Assembly (NCBI GenBank): GCA_044220955.1
Contig: JBGAQA010000028.1
Location: forward strand, 13,013 to 77,012
Length of the DNA stretch: 64,000 nucleotides
Direction: 5' to 3'
Origin: Sandaracinaceae bacterium
Lineage (GTDB): Bacteria > Myxococcota_A > Polyangia > Polyangiales > Sandaracinaceae
Made by a program: the position numbers and the translations under genes. Below the pieces are notes generated by a model. It had not been told where the DNA came from. It saw only the letters and a list, made by a program, of their open reading frames with translations, and ran no database searches. How positions within the stretch are numbered: the first letter of the stretch is position 1; each line of letters begins with the position of its first letter. Positions 39,628 through 49,480 of this stretch are shown one piece after another.

Positions 39628-40764
39628 TCAGAGCGCCTTCTGATACACGCGATACGTCTTGTAGACCTTCGCGCCCATGGAGCGGATCCCGAGGTTGATG
39701 GGCGCGTCGTCCTCGCGGGTCCAGCCCAGCTCGGCCCACTCGTAGCCCTTCTTGCGCCCCCGCTGGCTGACCTCGACGTACATCGCCGCGCTCAGCCCGC
39801 CGTAGCGCTTGACGTTCTTGCGGACGTGCTCCCGTACGCCCAGCAAGATCAAGCGCGCCGAGCGCGGGTGCTGCACCTGCGTGCGCCAGAGCATCTTGAT
39901 CCACCCGAACGGGAAGAGGCTCCCGTGCAGGTCGCGGATCGCCTCGTTGAGGTTCGGGATCATCACGCACATCCCGCCCGGCTCGCCATCGATGTCCGCG
40001 ATGAACGCGATCTCGGGGTCCAGGACCAGCGAGAGATCCTTGGCCATCTTGTCGAGCTCGGCGCCGGTGATGGGGATGTAGCCCCACTTGCCCGACCACG
40101 TCTCGTTGTAGATGGTCATGATCGTGTCGAGCTCCGCCCGCATGTTCTTCTTGTTCACGCTGCGCAGCTTCACCTCGGGCAGCGCGCGGATGTCCTGCCA
40201 CGCCTTGAGCGTGCGCTTGTTGTGCTCGAGCTCGGCGCCGTAGCGCCACGCGAAGAGATCCTTCTCTTTCGCGTAGCCGCAGGCCTCGATCAACCTCCCT
40301 TGCCACGGGCGCGAGTGCGCCATGTCGAGCTGCGGCGGGTGCTCGAATCCGTCGACGAGCAGGCCGATCTCCTGGTTCGCGTTGAAGCTCATCGGCCCGT
40401 TCACGCGCGCCATCCCGCGCTCGCGCAGCCACGCCTCGGCCCGCGCCAGCAGCGCCCCGGCGACCTCGACGTCGTCGATCGTGTCGAAGTACCCGATGTG
40501 CCCGGTCGCGTCGTGGTACTGCGCGAGCCAGGCCTGATCGACCGTCGCCGACACGCGCCCGACGAGCCTGCCGCTCTTGCGCGCGGTGAAGAGCGCGACC
40601 TCGGCGTGCGCGTAGAAGGGATCCTTCGCGGGGTGGAGCTTCTCGTGCATCACCATGTGCAGCGGCGCGACCCACGCGGGATCCCCGCGGAAGATCTCGA
40701 AGGCGACGTCCACGAAGTCGCGCGTGTCCTCACCCGGCACGTGCTGGCGGATCTCGACCGGCAT
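39628..40764 (-). CDS. Tandem-GNAT acyltransferase, bacterial ceramide synthase (bCerS)/YghO-like
   Basis: DPAWVAPL, VGRVSA, GYFDTIDD, GPMSFNANQEIGLLVDGF..PP, PNLNE, ELGWTREDD, KTYRVY. Confidence 0.7.
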   Translation of the reverse strand: MPVEIRQHVPGEDTRDFVDVAFEIFRGDPAWVAPLHMVMHEKLHPAKDPFYAHAEVALFTARKSGRLVGRVSATVDQAWLAQYHDATGHIGYFDTIDDVEVAGALLARAEAWLRERGMARVNGPMSFNANQEIGLLVDGFEHPPQLDMAHSRPWQGRLIEACGYAKEKDLFAWRYGAELEHNKRTLKAWQDIRALPEVKLRSVNKKNMRAELDTIMTIYNETWSGKWGYIPITGAELDKMAKDLSLVLDPEIAFIADIDGEPGGMCVMIPNLNEAIRDLHGSLFPFGWIKMLWRTQVQHPRSARLILLGVREHVRKNVKRYGGLSAAMYVEVSQRGRKKGYEWAELGWTREDDAPINLGIRSMGAKVYKTYRVYQKAL

Positions 40765-40829
40765 GGCGTGGACGTAACCCGCGCCAGCGGGTTACGACAA
40801 GGTGCTCGCGTGTGGCACGCTCCGCGGGC

Positions 40830-43800
40830 GTGAGCGGCGCGTACTACGAGCTCGTCGAGCTGCTCGGAGAAGGCGGGATGGGGCGCGTGTATCGCGCCGT
40901 CCATCACCCGAGCCGTCTCGAGGTGGCGATCAAGACGCTGCGCGCCAGCGCCGACCCGCTGCGGCGCCGCCTCCTGCTCGACGAGGCGACGGCGGCCGCG
41001 CGGGTCCGCGATCGCCGCATCGCGCGCGTCATCGACGTCGGACGCGACGAGCAGGGCACCCCCTTCCTGGTGATGGAGCTGGTCCCGGGGCACGATCTCG
41101 AGCGCTTCTTCGTGGCGTGGCCCGGCTGGCCGACGGTCGCGCGCGCGATGATGGAGACGCTCGAAGGGCTGCGCGCCGCCCACGCGGTGCAGGTCGTCCA
41201 CCGCGACCTGAAGCCGCCCAACGTCCTGGTCGACGCGCGGGACCAGGGCATCCGGCTGGTCGACTTCGGGGTCGCGACCGTGGTCGACCCGCTCGACACC
41301 GAGTCCGAGCGCCCGATCGCCGGGACGCCCGAGTTCATGGCCCCCGAGCAGCTCAGCGGCGAGGGGCCCGTCGGCCCGTTCACGGACCTCTACGCGTTCG
41401 GAGTGATGCTCTCGCACGTCGTGCGGGGCGCCTCGCCCTTCGAGAACGTCGAGGATCTCGGCGCGCTCGACGCCGAGAAGCGCGGCTACGTCGCGGGCCG
41501 AGATCGGCGCGAGCGCCCTGGGCTCGCGGTGCCCGAGCGGCTCCAGGTTCTGATCGATCGGCTACTCGACCCCGATCCGCGACGCCGCGAGCGCTTCGCC
41601 GAGCGCGTGCGGGCCGAGCTGGAGCAGCTCGCCGCGCTCGTCGTCGAGACCGAGCGTGCGAGCGAGCCGGGCGCCTACCACGCGGCCAAGACGTCGGTGG
41701 ACCCCTCGTTCGAGGCGACGGCCTTCCCCGCGTCGCTCGAGCTCTCGGCCTCGGCGGCCGCCGCGCTGGCGGCACGTACCACCGAGATGGACGTGACCGT
41801 CCTTCCCGCGCCGATGGACCCGAGCGCCGCGTTCGCGCTGGCGGCGACGCGGGACGCGCCCTTCGCGGGACGAAGCGCGCTCAAGGACGAGCTCCTGGCC
41901 GCGATCGACGACGTGGCTTCGAAAGGTGGTGCGCGCCTGGTGGCGTACGTGGGGGAGCCGGGCATCGGAAAGAGCCGCCTCGCGCGGCTCGGGCTCGAGC
42001 ACGTCGAGCGCACCGGGACGATGGAGGGGGCCGCGACGGGGTTCGAAGCACGGGGCACGGACGTGTCGGGGGGCCTCTCGCGTCTGCTCTCTCGCTGGCT
42101 CGGGCTGCCGCGGAGCCCGAGGGCGAGCTGGGCGTGGATCGACGCGCCCGGGATCGACCTCGATCGCTTCCACCGATGGCTCGGCGCGACGGCCACCGAG
42201 TCGGCGGAGCGGCCGTCGATCGCGGAGATGACGGACCTCGCGCACGCGGTCGTGCGTGCCCTCTCGAGACGGGCACCGGTGTACCTCTGGCTCGACGACC
42301 TCGCGTGGGCGCGCGACGGCGCGATCGAGCTCGTGGAGCGGCTGCTCGCGCGCCAGGACGCACGGGTGCTCCTCGTGGCGACGCTGCGCTCGGGCACGCT
42401 GCAGCACGCGGCGACGCGCGCGCGTCTCGGACCCCTGCTCGGCTCACCCCGGGCGATCACACGCACGATCGAGCCGCTCGACCGGGAGGACCGGCGGGCG
42501 GTGCTCTCGGGCCTCGCGCCGCTGGCGCCGGCGCTCGTGGACGAGATGGTGGACCGCCTCGACGGCTCGCCCATGCTGCTCGTGGAAGTCGTGCGCGCGC
42601 TCGCGGCAGGCGACCTGCTCGAGCACCGGCCAGAGGGTCTCGCGGCCCGCGGGAGCGCGAGCCTGCTGGATCTGCTCGGCGACCGCCCGCTCGCGACGCT
42701 GATCGGCGCGCGCGTCGAAGCGATGCTCGCCGGGTTCGAGGCCGACGCGGACGCCGCCGAGGGGATCCTCGCGCGCGCCGCGCTCCTCGGTGCCTTCTTC
42801 GAGGATCCCACGCTGCGCGCGTGCGTGGCGTCGGACCGGACGCTCGGCCGCGCCGTCGACGCGGTGCTCGATCGGGCGCTGCTCCACGGGATCGTGCGGG
42901 CCGAGGGCGGCTCGCTCTTCAGCTTCGACCACCAGCTCGTCCAGGAGACGCTGATGATGCGCCTCGAGGCGAGCCCCGGCCGCGTCCGCGTCTTCTTCGA
43001 CGTGGCGAACGGCCTCATGGCGCGACACGGCAAGGACCGCTCGGACGTGGCCGCCGCGGTGGCCGAGCTGCTGCGACGCGCAGGCGCGAAGGACCGCGCA
43101 TGGGACCGCATGCTGCACGCGATCGAGACCGCTGCTTGGGCCGGCGACCGAAGCGCCGCGCACGCGTACCTCGCGACGGCGCTGAGCTGGCTCGACGACG
43201 ACGGCGAGTCGCCGATGTCGCGCGCGCGCGCGACGGTCGCGCTCGCCGAGGCCCGCGTCCGCTACTACGCGCTCGAGTACGACGCGGCGCGCATCGCACT
43301 CTCCCGGGCGCTCTCGATCGCCCGCGTCGGCAAGGACGCGCTGCTCGTCCTGCAGTGCGAGTCGTTCGAGGCCGACGTGGCGTTCTACCAGGACCGCTTC
43401 TCCGACGCGGAGCGCATCGCGCGAGAGTGCGAGGCGCGGGCGTCGCTGGACGACCCGGATCTGGCGGCGATCGGCGGCGCGAGCGCTCAGCGCCTGGCGG
43501 ACCTCGCGGTCCTGTCCGAGCGCACCGAGGACGCGATCGCGTGCTGGCAGCGGTGCGAGCGCTTCCGGACGGCCGCCGGCCTGCCCTGGCGGGCGCGGAT
43601 CGCACGCCTGAACCTCGGCGAGTCGCTCATGGTCGCCGGCCGTCTCGACGAGGCCGAGACGCTCTTTCGCGAGGTGCGGCGGGAGGCCGAGGCGGCGCGG
43701 GACGACGAAGGGATCGGCTGCTGCGTGGACCTCGAAGCGCGCCTGACGTACCTGCGCGGGGACGCCGCCGGAGCCCGCCTCGCCATCGCCGCTCGGGCCG

Positions 43801-44081
43801 CCGTCCTCGAGGCGATGGGCGAGCCATGGCGCCGCACGGCGCTGCTCGCCTTCCTGGCGCTCCTGTCCTCTGCGCTCGACGACCCCGAGACCGCGGGGGC
43901 GAGCGTGCGCGCCTTCACGAGCGCCTATGCGCGCGTGCCGCACGACGAGGCGTTCACGATCCGCGCGATGCGCTTGCTGCGCGACGCGCTGCTCGATCGC
44001 GAGCTCGACGACGTCGCCGCGGAGGTCGAGGCGGCGATCGCGATGCGCGAGGAGCGGGTCCGCCGTGGGTCACGCGCGTGA
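40830..44081 (+). CDS. Hanks-type Ser/Thr kinase fused to an AAA ATPase and TPR-like repeats
   Basis: LGEGGMG.VY, VAIK, HRDLKPPN, DFG, GTPEFMAPEQ; Walker A GEPGIGKS, Walker B LWLDDL; helical C-terminus. Confidence 0.92.
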   Translation: MSGAYYELVELLGEGGMGRVYRAVHHPSRLEVAIKTLRASADPLRRRLLLDEATAAARVRDRRIARVIDVGRDEQGTPFLVMELVPGHDLERFFVAWPGWPTVARAMMETLEGLRAAHAVQVVHRDLKPPNVLVDARDQGIRLVDFGVATVVDPLDTESERPIAGTPEFMAPEQLSGEGPVGPFTDLYAFGVMLSHVVRGASPFENVEDLGALDAEKRGYVAGRDRRERPGLAVPERLQVLIDRLLDPDPRRRERFAERVRAELEQLAALVVETERASEPGAYHAAKTSVDPSFEATAFPASLELSASAAAALAARTTEMDVTVLPAPMDPSAAFALAATRDAPFAGRSALKDELLAAIDDVASKGGARLVAYVGEPGIGKSRLARLGLEHVERTGTMEGAATGFEARGTDVSGGLSRLLSRWLGLPRSPRASWAWIDAPGIDLDRFHRWLGATATESAERPSIAEMTDLAHAVVRALSRRAPVYLWLDDLAWARDGAIELVERLLARQDARVLLVATLRSGTLQHAATRARLGPLLGSPRAITRTIEPLDREDRRAVLSGLAPLAPALVDEMVDRLDGSPMLLVEVVRALAAGDLLEHRPEGLAARGSASLLDLLGDRPLATLIGARVEAMLAGFEADADAAEGILARAALLGAFFEDPTLRACVASDRTLGRAVDAVLDRALLHGIVRAEGGSLFSFDHQLVQETLMMRLEASPGRVRVFFDVANGLMARHGKDRSDVAAAVAELLRRAGAKDRAWDRMLHAIETAAWAGDRSAAHAYLATALSWLDDDGESPMSRARATVALAEARVRYYALEYDAARIALSRALSIARVGKDALLVLQCESFEADVAFYQDRFSDAERIARECEARASLDDPDLAAIGGASAQRLADLAVLSERTEDAIACWQRCERFRTAAGLPWRARIARLNLGESLMVAGRLDEAETLFREVRREAEAARDDEGIGCCVDLEARLTYLRGDAAGARLAIAARAAVLEAMGEPWRRTALLAFLALLSSALDDPETAGASVRAFTSAYARVPHDEAFTIRAMRLLRDALLDRELDDVAAEVEAAIAMREERVRRGSRA

Positions 44082-44098
44082 TGGGCTATCCTCGACGC

Positions 44099-44977
44099 AT
44101 GCGCCTCGCTCGCCCGCTCGCTGCCGCTCTGCTCGTCACCGCGTGCTCGAGCACCTACGACCCCCTCCAGCCCGATGGATCGATGCGCATCGACTCGGGC
44201 GGCGGTGCCACGGACACGGGCGCGACCGAGGACGCGGCGACGGGCATCGATGCCGGCGCAGACACCGGCGGCAGCCCCGTCGATGCGGGCGGCGGTGGCG
44301 ACGCGAACGACCACGACGCGAGCGACGCCAGCGACGCGAGCGGGAGCGACGTGGGCGTCGCCGATGCGGGGGCGTGCGTGGCTTCGGGCACGTGCGACCC
44401 CTTCGACCCCACCTCGTGCGGGACGATGGCGTGCCACCCCGGCGCGACCGGGACCCGCTGCGAGACGGTCTCGGCGACCGCCGTCGGCGAGGGCGCGACC
44501 TGCGCGAGCTCGAGCGAGTGCCAGCCGGGCCTGGTGTGCCTCATGTTCACCGCCGCCGAGGGCTTCCGCTGCCACTCGATGTGCCACGCGCGCTCGATCG
44601 GAGAGTGCTCCGCGGGACGTGCTTGCACCGGGACGCTCGGGGACCCCTGCATCGACGTCTGCCGTCCTATGCCCGCGGCGTGCGACGTGTACGCGCAGGA
44701 CTGCGCGAGCGCGACCGACACGTGCACGCTCGTGCGCAACCCCGAGACGAACGCCCCGTACACGGGCTGCCGTCCCGCCGGGACGCAGAACCTGGGCGAC
44801 CCCTGCGGCGGCACGAGCGGGACGTGCGGCCACGCGCTCATCTGCGTCTCGACCTCGGGCATGGCCCGCTGCCGGCACGTCTGCGATCCGGCGATGGGCG
44901 CCGCGATGTGCAGCGGCACCGACGTGTGTACCGGTCTGGCGACGACCTGGGGCGTGCACTACTGCGAGGCGCCTTGA
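44099..44977 (+). CDS. Cys-rich lipoprotein
   Basis: LLVTA-C lipobox, DAG-rich linker, two CD(P/V)...C Cys-rich repeats. Confidence 0.85.
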   Translation: MRLARPLAAALLVTACSSTYDPLQPDGSMRIDSGGGATDTGATEDAATGIDAGADTGGSPVDAGGGGDANDHDASDASDASGSDVGVADAGACVASGTCDPFDPTSCGTMACHPGATGTRCETVSATAVGEGATCASSSECQPGLVCLMFTAAEGFRCHSMCHARSIGECSAGRACTGTLGDPCIDVCRPMPAACDVYAQDCASATDTCTLVRNPETNAPYTGCRPAGTQNLGDPCGGTSGTCGHALICVSTSGMARCRHVCDPAMGAAMCSGTDVCTGLATTWGVHYCEAP

Positions 44978-44992
44978 TCCGGCGGCCGGCGA

Positions 44993-45715
44993 TCAGGGGT
45001 CGTAGCTGCCATCGAGCACGCCGGCCGGGTTCTTGACGAGCAACGTCTCGACCTCGCTCGTCCCGACCAGCGCGCGGAGCCGGTCGATCGCGCGGGCGAC
45101 GTGCTCGAGATCCTCCGGCCGGTGCGCGTCGGTGCATGCGATGTCGTAGGCGCCCTCTTCGAGCATCCGTTCCGCCACGCGCCGCGGCCGATCCCCGTAG
45201 CGCCCGACGAGGGACATCAGATCGAGCTGCGTCATCGCGCCTGCGTCGAGCAGCGCGTCCAGGGGGTCGGTCTCGTCCGCGAGCGGCGCGTAGCGCTCCG
45301 GATGGGCGATCACCGGCCGAAGCCCGCGCAGCTGGATCTGGAACAAGCGCTCCGTGAGACCGCGGGGCCAGCGATCGGGATGGAGCTCGACGAGGATCGC
45401 GTTGTCACCCGGGTAGGGCAGCACCTGTCGGCGCTCGAAGATCTGCCAGAAGACGTCGTCGAAGAAGTGCTCGCTCGCGAGCCCGAGCTCGGGAATCCTC
45501 GCGCCAGCCAGGGCGGTCACGACCTCGCGGAAGCCGGCCTCGAGGCCTTCCTTGCGGTTCTCGAACATGCCCGAGCGGATGTGCGGCGTGGCGACGCAGC
45601 GCGCGTAGCCGAGCGCGTGCAGGCCCTCGAGCAAGCGCCGCGACTCGTCGATGGTGCGCACGCCGTCGTCGACCCCGGGCACGTAGTGCAGATGCAGATC
45701 GACGTAGCCGCTCAT
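44993..45715 (-). CDS. CpsB/CapC-family PHP tyrosine-protein phosphatase
   Basis: DLHLHYVPGVDDG, ATPH, IAHPERY, TDAH. Confidence 0.92.
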   Translation of the reverse strand: MSGYVDLHLHYVPGVDDGVRTIDESRRLLEGLHALGYARCVATPHIRSGMFENRKEGLEAGFREVVTALAGARIPELGLASEHFFDDVFWQIFERRQVLPYPGDNAILVELHPDRWPRGLTERLFQIQLRGLRPVIAHPERYAPLADETDPLDALLDAGAMTQLDLMSLVGRYGDRPRRVAERMLEEGAYDIACTDAHRPEDLEHVARAIDRLRALVGTSEVETLLVKNPAGVLDGSYDP

Positions 45716-45772
45716 GAGGGGTCGCTCACTTTAGCGGGCTCCGCCGGACCGCGCCCGCGTTAGGCTCCGCCC

Positions 45773-46216
45773 ATGAAGATCCTCGTCTCCAACGATCTCT
45801 CGGATCTCTCCAAGCCCGTCGTCGACGAGGCGGCGAAGCTGGCGCGCGCGATGGGCGGGGAGCTGACGCTGCTGCACGTGGTGCGCTGCGAGGCGGCTCC
45901 GCCCGACTCCGGCAAGGAGCTGCTGCCGCCCGGGGACCTCTGGGAGCGCGAGACGGAGCTCCGCGAGGTCGCGACGGCGCTCGAGAAGGACGGGCTGAAG
46001 GTCGACGCCGTCGTGAAGCTCACCGCAGGCGCCGTGTACGAGTCGGTCGTGCACGAGGCCGGTGAGCGCGGCGCGGCGATGATCGTGTGCGGCTCGCACG
46101 GCCGTGGGAAGATGTTCGAGCTCCTGGTCGGCAGCACCACGCAGGGCCTCATCCGCACTTCGCCCGTGCCCGTGCTGGTCGTGACCGGCCTGGAGTCCGT
46201 CCCCGCGATCGGCTGA
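45773..46216 (+). CDS. Universal stress protein
   Basis: LTLLHV, MIVCGSHGRG...LLVGST, PVPVLVV. Confidence 0.93.
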   Translation: MKILVSNDLSDLSKPVVDEAAKLARAMGGELTLLHVVRCEAAPPDSGKELLPPGDLWERETELREVATALEKDGLKVDAVVKLTAGAVYESVVHEAGERGAAMIVCGSHGRGKMFELLVGSTTQGLIRTSPVPVLVVTGLESVPAIG

Positions 46217-46242
46217 GCGCGCACCGCCGGCGGCTGCCGAGG

Positions 46243-47496
46243 TCAGCCGCGGAGCTCGGCGGCGAGCGCGAGCAGGCGGCCCCGCTCGTTGACGCTCGGA
46301 TCGTCGAGCACGAGGTCGAGCAAGGCATCGAGGACGCGCCCTATCTCGGGCCCGGCCGGCAGCGCCAGCTCGCGCATCAGATCCTGCCCGCGCACGGCGA
46401 GGTCGCGCGAAGAGAGCGGTACCCGGGCGTCGAGATCGGCGCGCACCTGCTCGCCGAACGCGGCCGCCTGGTCGCTCACGCCGCGAGCCCGCGCATCCGC
46501 GCTCGCCATCTCCACGAGCGCGCTCACGGTGCCGGGGCCGAGCGTGGAGAGCATGCGCCGCCGCGCGGCGGGCGGGACGTCCGGGGTCAGGACGCGCCCG
46601 GACTCCGCGTGCAGCGCGAGCACGCGCTCGCGATCGGGGTTCGAGAACCGCTGCGCCCGGAGCCACCGATCGAGCTCGCCCGGCAGGACGACCGCGTCGC
46701 GCAAGAGGGCGCCCACGCGCATCGCCAGCGAGGCCGCGACGAGGTCCATCCTCGCGAGCGCGAGCGCGAAGGCCTGCTCGTCCAGGCCGCGAGTCATCGG
46801 CGCCGTGTGGGCGAGCATGCCCGTGCGACGCATCACCGCGAACGCACGCGAGGCCTGCCGCGCCCGGCACGCCTTCTCCCACTCGTCGTGCACGCGCTCG
46901 GCCGAGACGCGCGCGAACGTCGTGATCGCCCCCGGGATCGCCGCTTCGGTCGCGGGGTCCAGATCCATCTCGAGGGTCGAGACGAAGCGTGCGGCGCGCA
47001 GCGCGCGCAGGCCGTCCTCGGCGAACCGATCTCGCGCATCGCCGACGGCGCGGATCACGCGCGCGTCGAGATCCGCCAGGCCGCCCCACGGATCGACGAG
47101 CACGTCATCGATCGGGTCGTAGGCGATGGCGTTCACCGTGAAGTCCCGCCGCGCGAGATCCTCCTCGATCGTCCCGACGAAGTGCACGGCGTCCGGACGC
47201 CGGCCGTCGGTGTACGCCCCCTCCCCGCGGAGCGTCGTCACCTCGTAGCCGACGCCCGCCATCACGACGGTCACCGTCCCGTGCTGGATCCCGGTCGGTA
47301 CCACCCGCCGGAAGAGCGGCCTGACCTGCTCCGGGTGCGCCGTCGTCGCGAGATCCCAGTCCTTCGCGCTACGGCCCATCAGCACGTCGCGGACGCAGCC
47401 GCCGACGACCCACGCGCGATGGCCGCTCTCGCGGAACGTCCGCGCGATCCGCAGGACGTCGGCGGGGATCGCCGCACGGTCGAAGGCACGCGGCAT
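46243..47496 (-). CDS. cca: tRNA nucleotidyltransferase (CCA-adding, class II)
   Basis: VGGCVRD, DWDLAT, EVTTLR, DLARRDFTVNA, RFAEDGLRALRAARF, ERVHDE, GPEIG. Confidence 0.88.
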   Translation of the reverse strand: MPRAFDRAAIPADVLRIARTFRESGHRAWVVGGCVRDVLMGRSAKDWDLATTAHPEQVRPLFRRVVPTGIQHGTVTVVMAGVGYEVTTLRGEGAYTDGRRPDAVHFVGTIEEDLARRDFTVNAIAYDPIDDVLVDPWGGLADLDARVIRAVGDARDRFAEDGLRALRAARFVSTLEMDLDPATEAAIPGAITTFARVSAERVHDEWEKACRARQASRAFAVMRRTGMLAHTAPMTRGLDEQAFALALARMDLVAASLAMRVGALLRDAVVLPGELDRWLRAQRFSNPDRERVLALHAESGRVLTPDVPPAARRRMLSTLGPGTVSALVEMASADARARGVSDQAAAFGEQVRADLDARVPLSSRDLAVRGQDLMRELALPAGPEIGRVLDALLDLVLDDPSVNERGRLLALAAELRG

Positions 47497-47506
47497 CGCG
47501 AGACCT

Positions 47507-48713
47507 TCAGACGGTCGAGTAGCGCGGGTCGGCCGGCCTCAGCGCCAGGACGACCTGGATGTCGTCGAAGCGGTCCGCGATCGCGCTGGCGCTCACACCG
47601 TAACGCCGCGCCACCGACGCGCGCGTCACCCCGTCGAGCCCGTGGAGCCGCGCGATCGCGTACTCGAGCGCCGCAGCGCAGACGTCGGGCTTGAGCAGCT
47701 CCCAGGAGCCGCGCGTCTCGCGGTAGTCGGCCCAGAGGCGTCGCGCGCGCGCGACGTGCTCGCGCGTGAAGCCGCCCTCCCGCATCGCGTCGGCGATGAT
47801 GGGCAGCACGGGATCGGCCGCGTCCATCGTCTCGAGATCGGCGCGCGCGGCACGGGCGCTCGGGATCGAGGGCACCGGCTGGGGCGCGGGCGTCGGAGCA
47901 GGCGCCGACGCGGTGACCTGGGCAGCCGCCTGCGCTGCGCCACTGCCGATCGCAGCCGGCGACACGGTCGACGACGACGAGGGACCGACGACCGCCAGCG
48001 CCGGCGCAGAGGTCTGCCCGGAGCCCGACTGCGACGAGCCCCCACCGGCGCTCGAGGCACCCGAGGGAGCGGACGGCGTCGTCGGCGCCCTGGAGGGGGC
48101 GGGGGCCGGCTTCGCCTCGGCGGGCGCGCCGCGCTCGATCCACTCGAGCAGCCGCCGATGGTCGGCGTTCCGCGGAGCCGCGGACACCGCGCCGGAGGCG
48201 AGCGCGCGGGCTGCCTCGAGCTTGCCGAGGCGCGCCAGGCAGTGCGCGAGGGACGCCGCGATCTCCGGGTCGTTCGGCGCGGTAGCCTTGTGCGCGATCT
48301 CGAGGTGACGCAGTGCCTGCTCGGGCCGCTCGAGGGCGACGTCGAGGAGGTGGCCGAGGTTGTGGTGGTACCAAGGGTTGCGGGGCGCGAGCGCGAGCGC
48401 GCGCCGGTATGCCTCGACGGCCGCACGGAAGTTCGAGAGCAGAGCCTGCGCGAGCCCCATCAGCGCGTGAACGACGTCGTCCTCGGGCTGCGCGGCCACC
48501 ACCTTGCGCAGGCTGAGCAGAGCGCGCCACGGATGCTCCTCGACGCGGTACTCGGCCAGGTGGCGGTGGGCGTAGATGGACGCCGGGCTGCCGTCGGGCG
48601 CGATGGTGATCAGGCGCTCGAGGAGCGGCACGATCACGCGGCGACCCTGGTCGGAGGCGATGGCCTGCTCGACCCGCCGGCGTAGCTGTTCGACGCCGCT
48701 CTCCTCCGTCACG
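47507..48713 (-). CDS. TPR protein with a low-complexity linker and a C-terminal cyclin/HTH-like domain
   Basis: TPR motifs (AYRRALALAPRNPWYHHNLG), Ala/Pro/Ser linker, helical C-terminal domain; start 48713 or 48748. Confidence 0.8.
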
Positions 48714-48766
48714 TCGGCTCCTATAGACGGGATGACGACAGCGCGCAACGGCGCGGATCGACCGGA

Positions 48767-49480
48767 TCAGCCCTTTTTCGCGATGGCGATCAGAAACCCC
48801 CCGAATCTCGCGAACGGACCCATGGCAAGCCCTCGCTCGATCTGGCCCAGCCCGGCACCCACCCAGGGTACCCCGTGCAGGGCCGCGGCGGGCGTCACGA
48901 TCCGCACCCCCGCGAATCGCGTGAGTTGGAGCGAGCTCGGGAGCGCCCGACGGATGGTCGCCGGCGTGTCCCAGCGCGTCGGGATGTCGTCCTCCCGGTG
49001 CCCGCCGCCGATGCGCCGGGCGCCCGCCGCGAGCCGGGCGACGTATCGCAGGCTGTGGCGATTGTAGAACTCGAGGATCGCGGTCCCGCTCGGGCGGAGC
49101 ACGCGCGCGACCTCGGCCAGGGCTGCCTCGATCTGCGGGACGTGCGCGAGGACCTTGAAGCTACAGACGACGTCGAAGCTCGCGTCGGCGAACGGCAGGG
49201 CCGTGGCCGAGCCCTCGAGCACGGTGAGCCCGCGCCCGCGGGCCCGCGCGAGCATTCCCGGCGACAGGTCGACGCCGACGGCCTCCGCCGCGTGGGGCGC
49301 GAGCCGCGCGAGGACCAGACCCGTTCCGCACCCGACCTCGAGCAGCCGCTTGCCGGGCAGAAAAGGGATCACGATCGAAGCCTCGAGCTCGTCGACCAGA
49401 GCGTGATACCCACGCCCGCGCGCGTCCTCGTAGGTCGTCGCGAAGTCATCGTAGTACGCCCGGGTGCGCGACTCGCTCAT
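48767..49480 (-). CDS. Class I SAM-dependent methyltransferase
   Basis: LLEVGCGTG, GVDLSPGML, LPFADASFD, RVLRPSG. Confidence 0.92.
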   Translation of the reverse strand: MSESRTRAYYDDFATTYEDARGRGYHALVDELEASIVIPFLPGKRLLEVGCGTGLVLARLAPHAAEAVGVDLSPGMLARARGRGLTVLEGSATALPFADASFDVVCSFKVLAHVPQIEAALAEVARVLRPSGTAILEFYNRHSLRYVARLAAGARRIGGGHREDDIPTRWDTPATIRRALPSSLQLTRFAGVRIVTPAAALHGVPWVGAGLGQIERGLAMGPFARFGGFLIAIAKKG

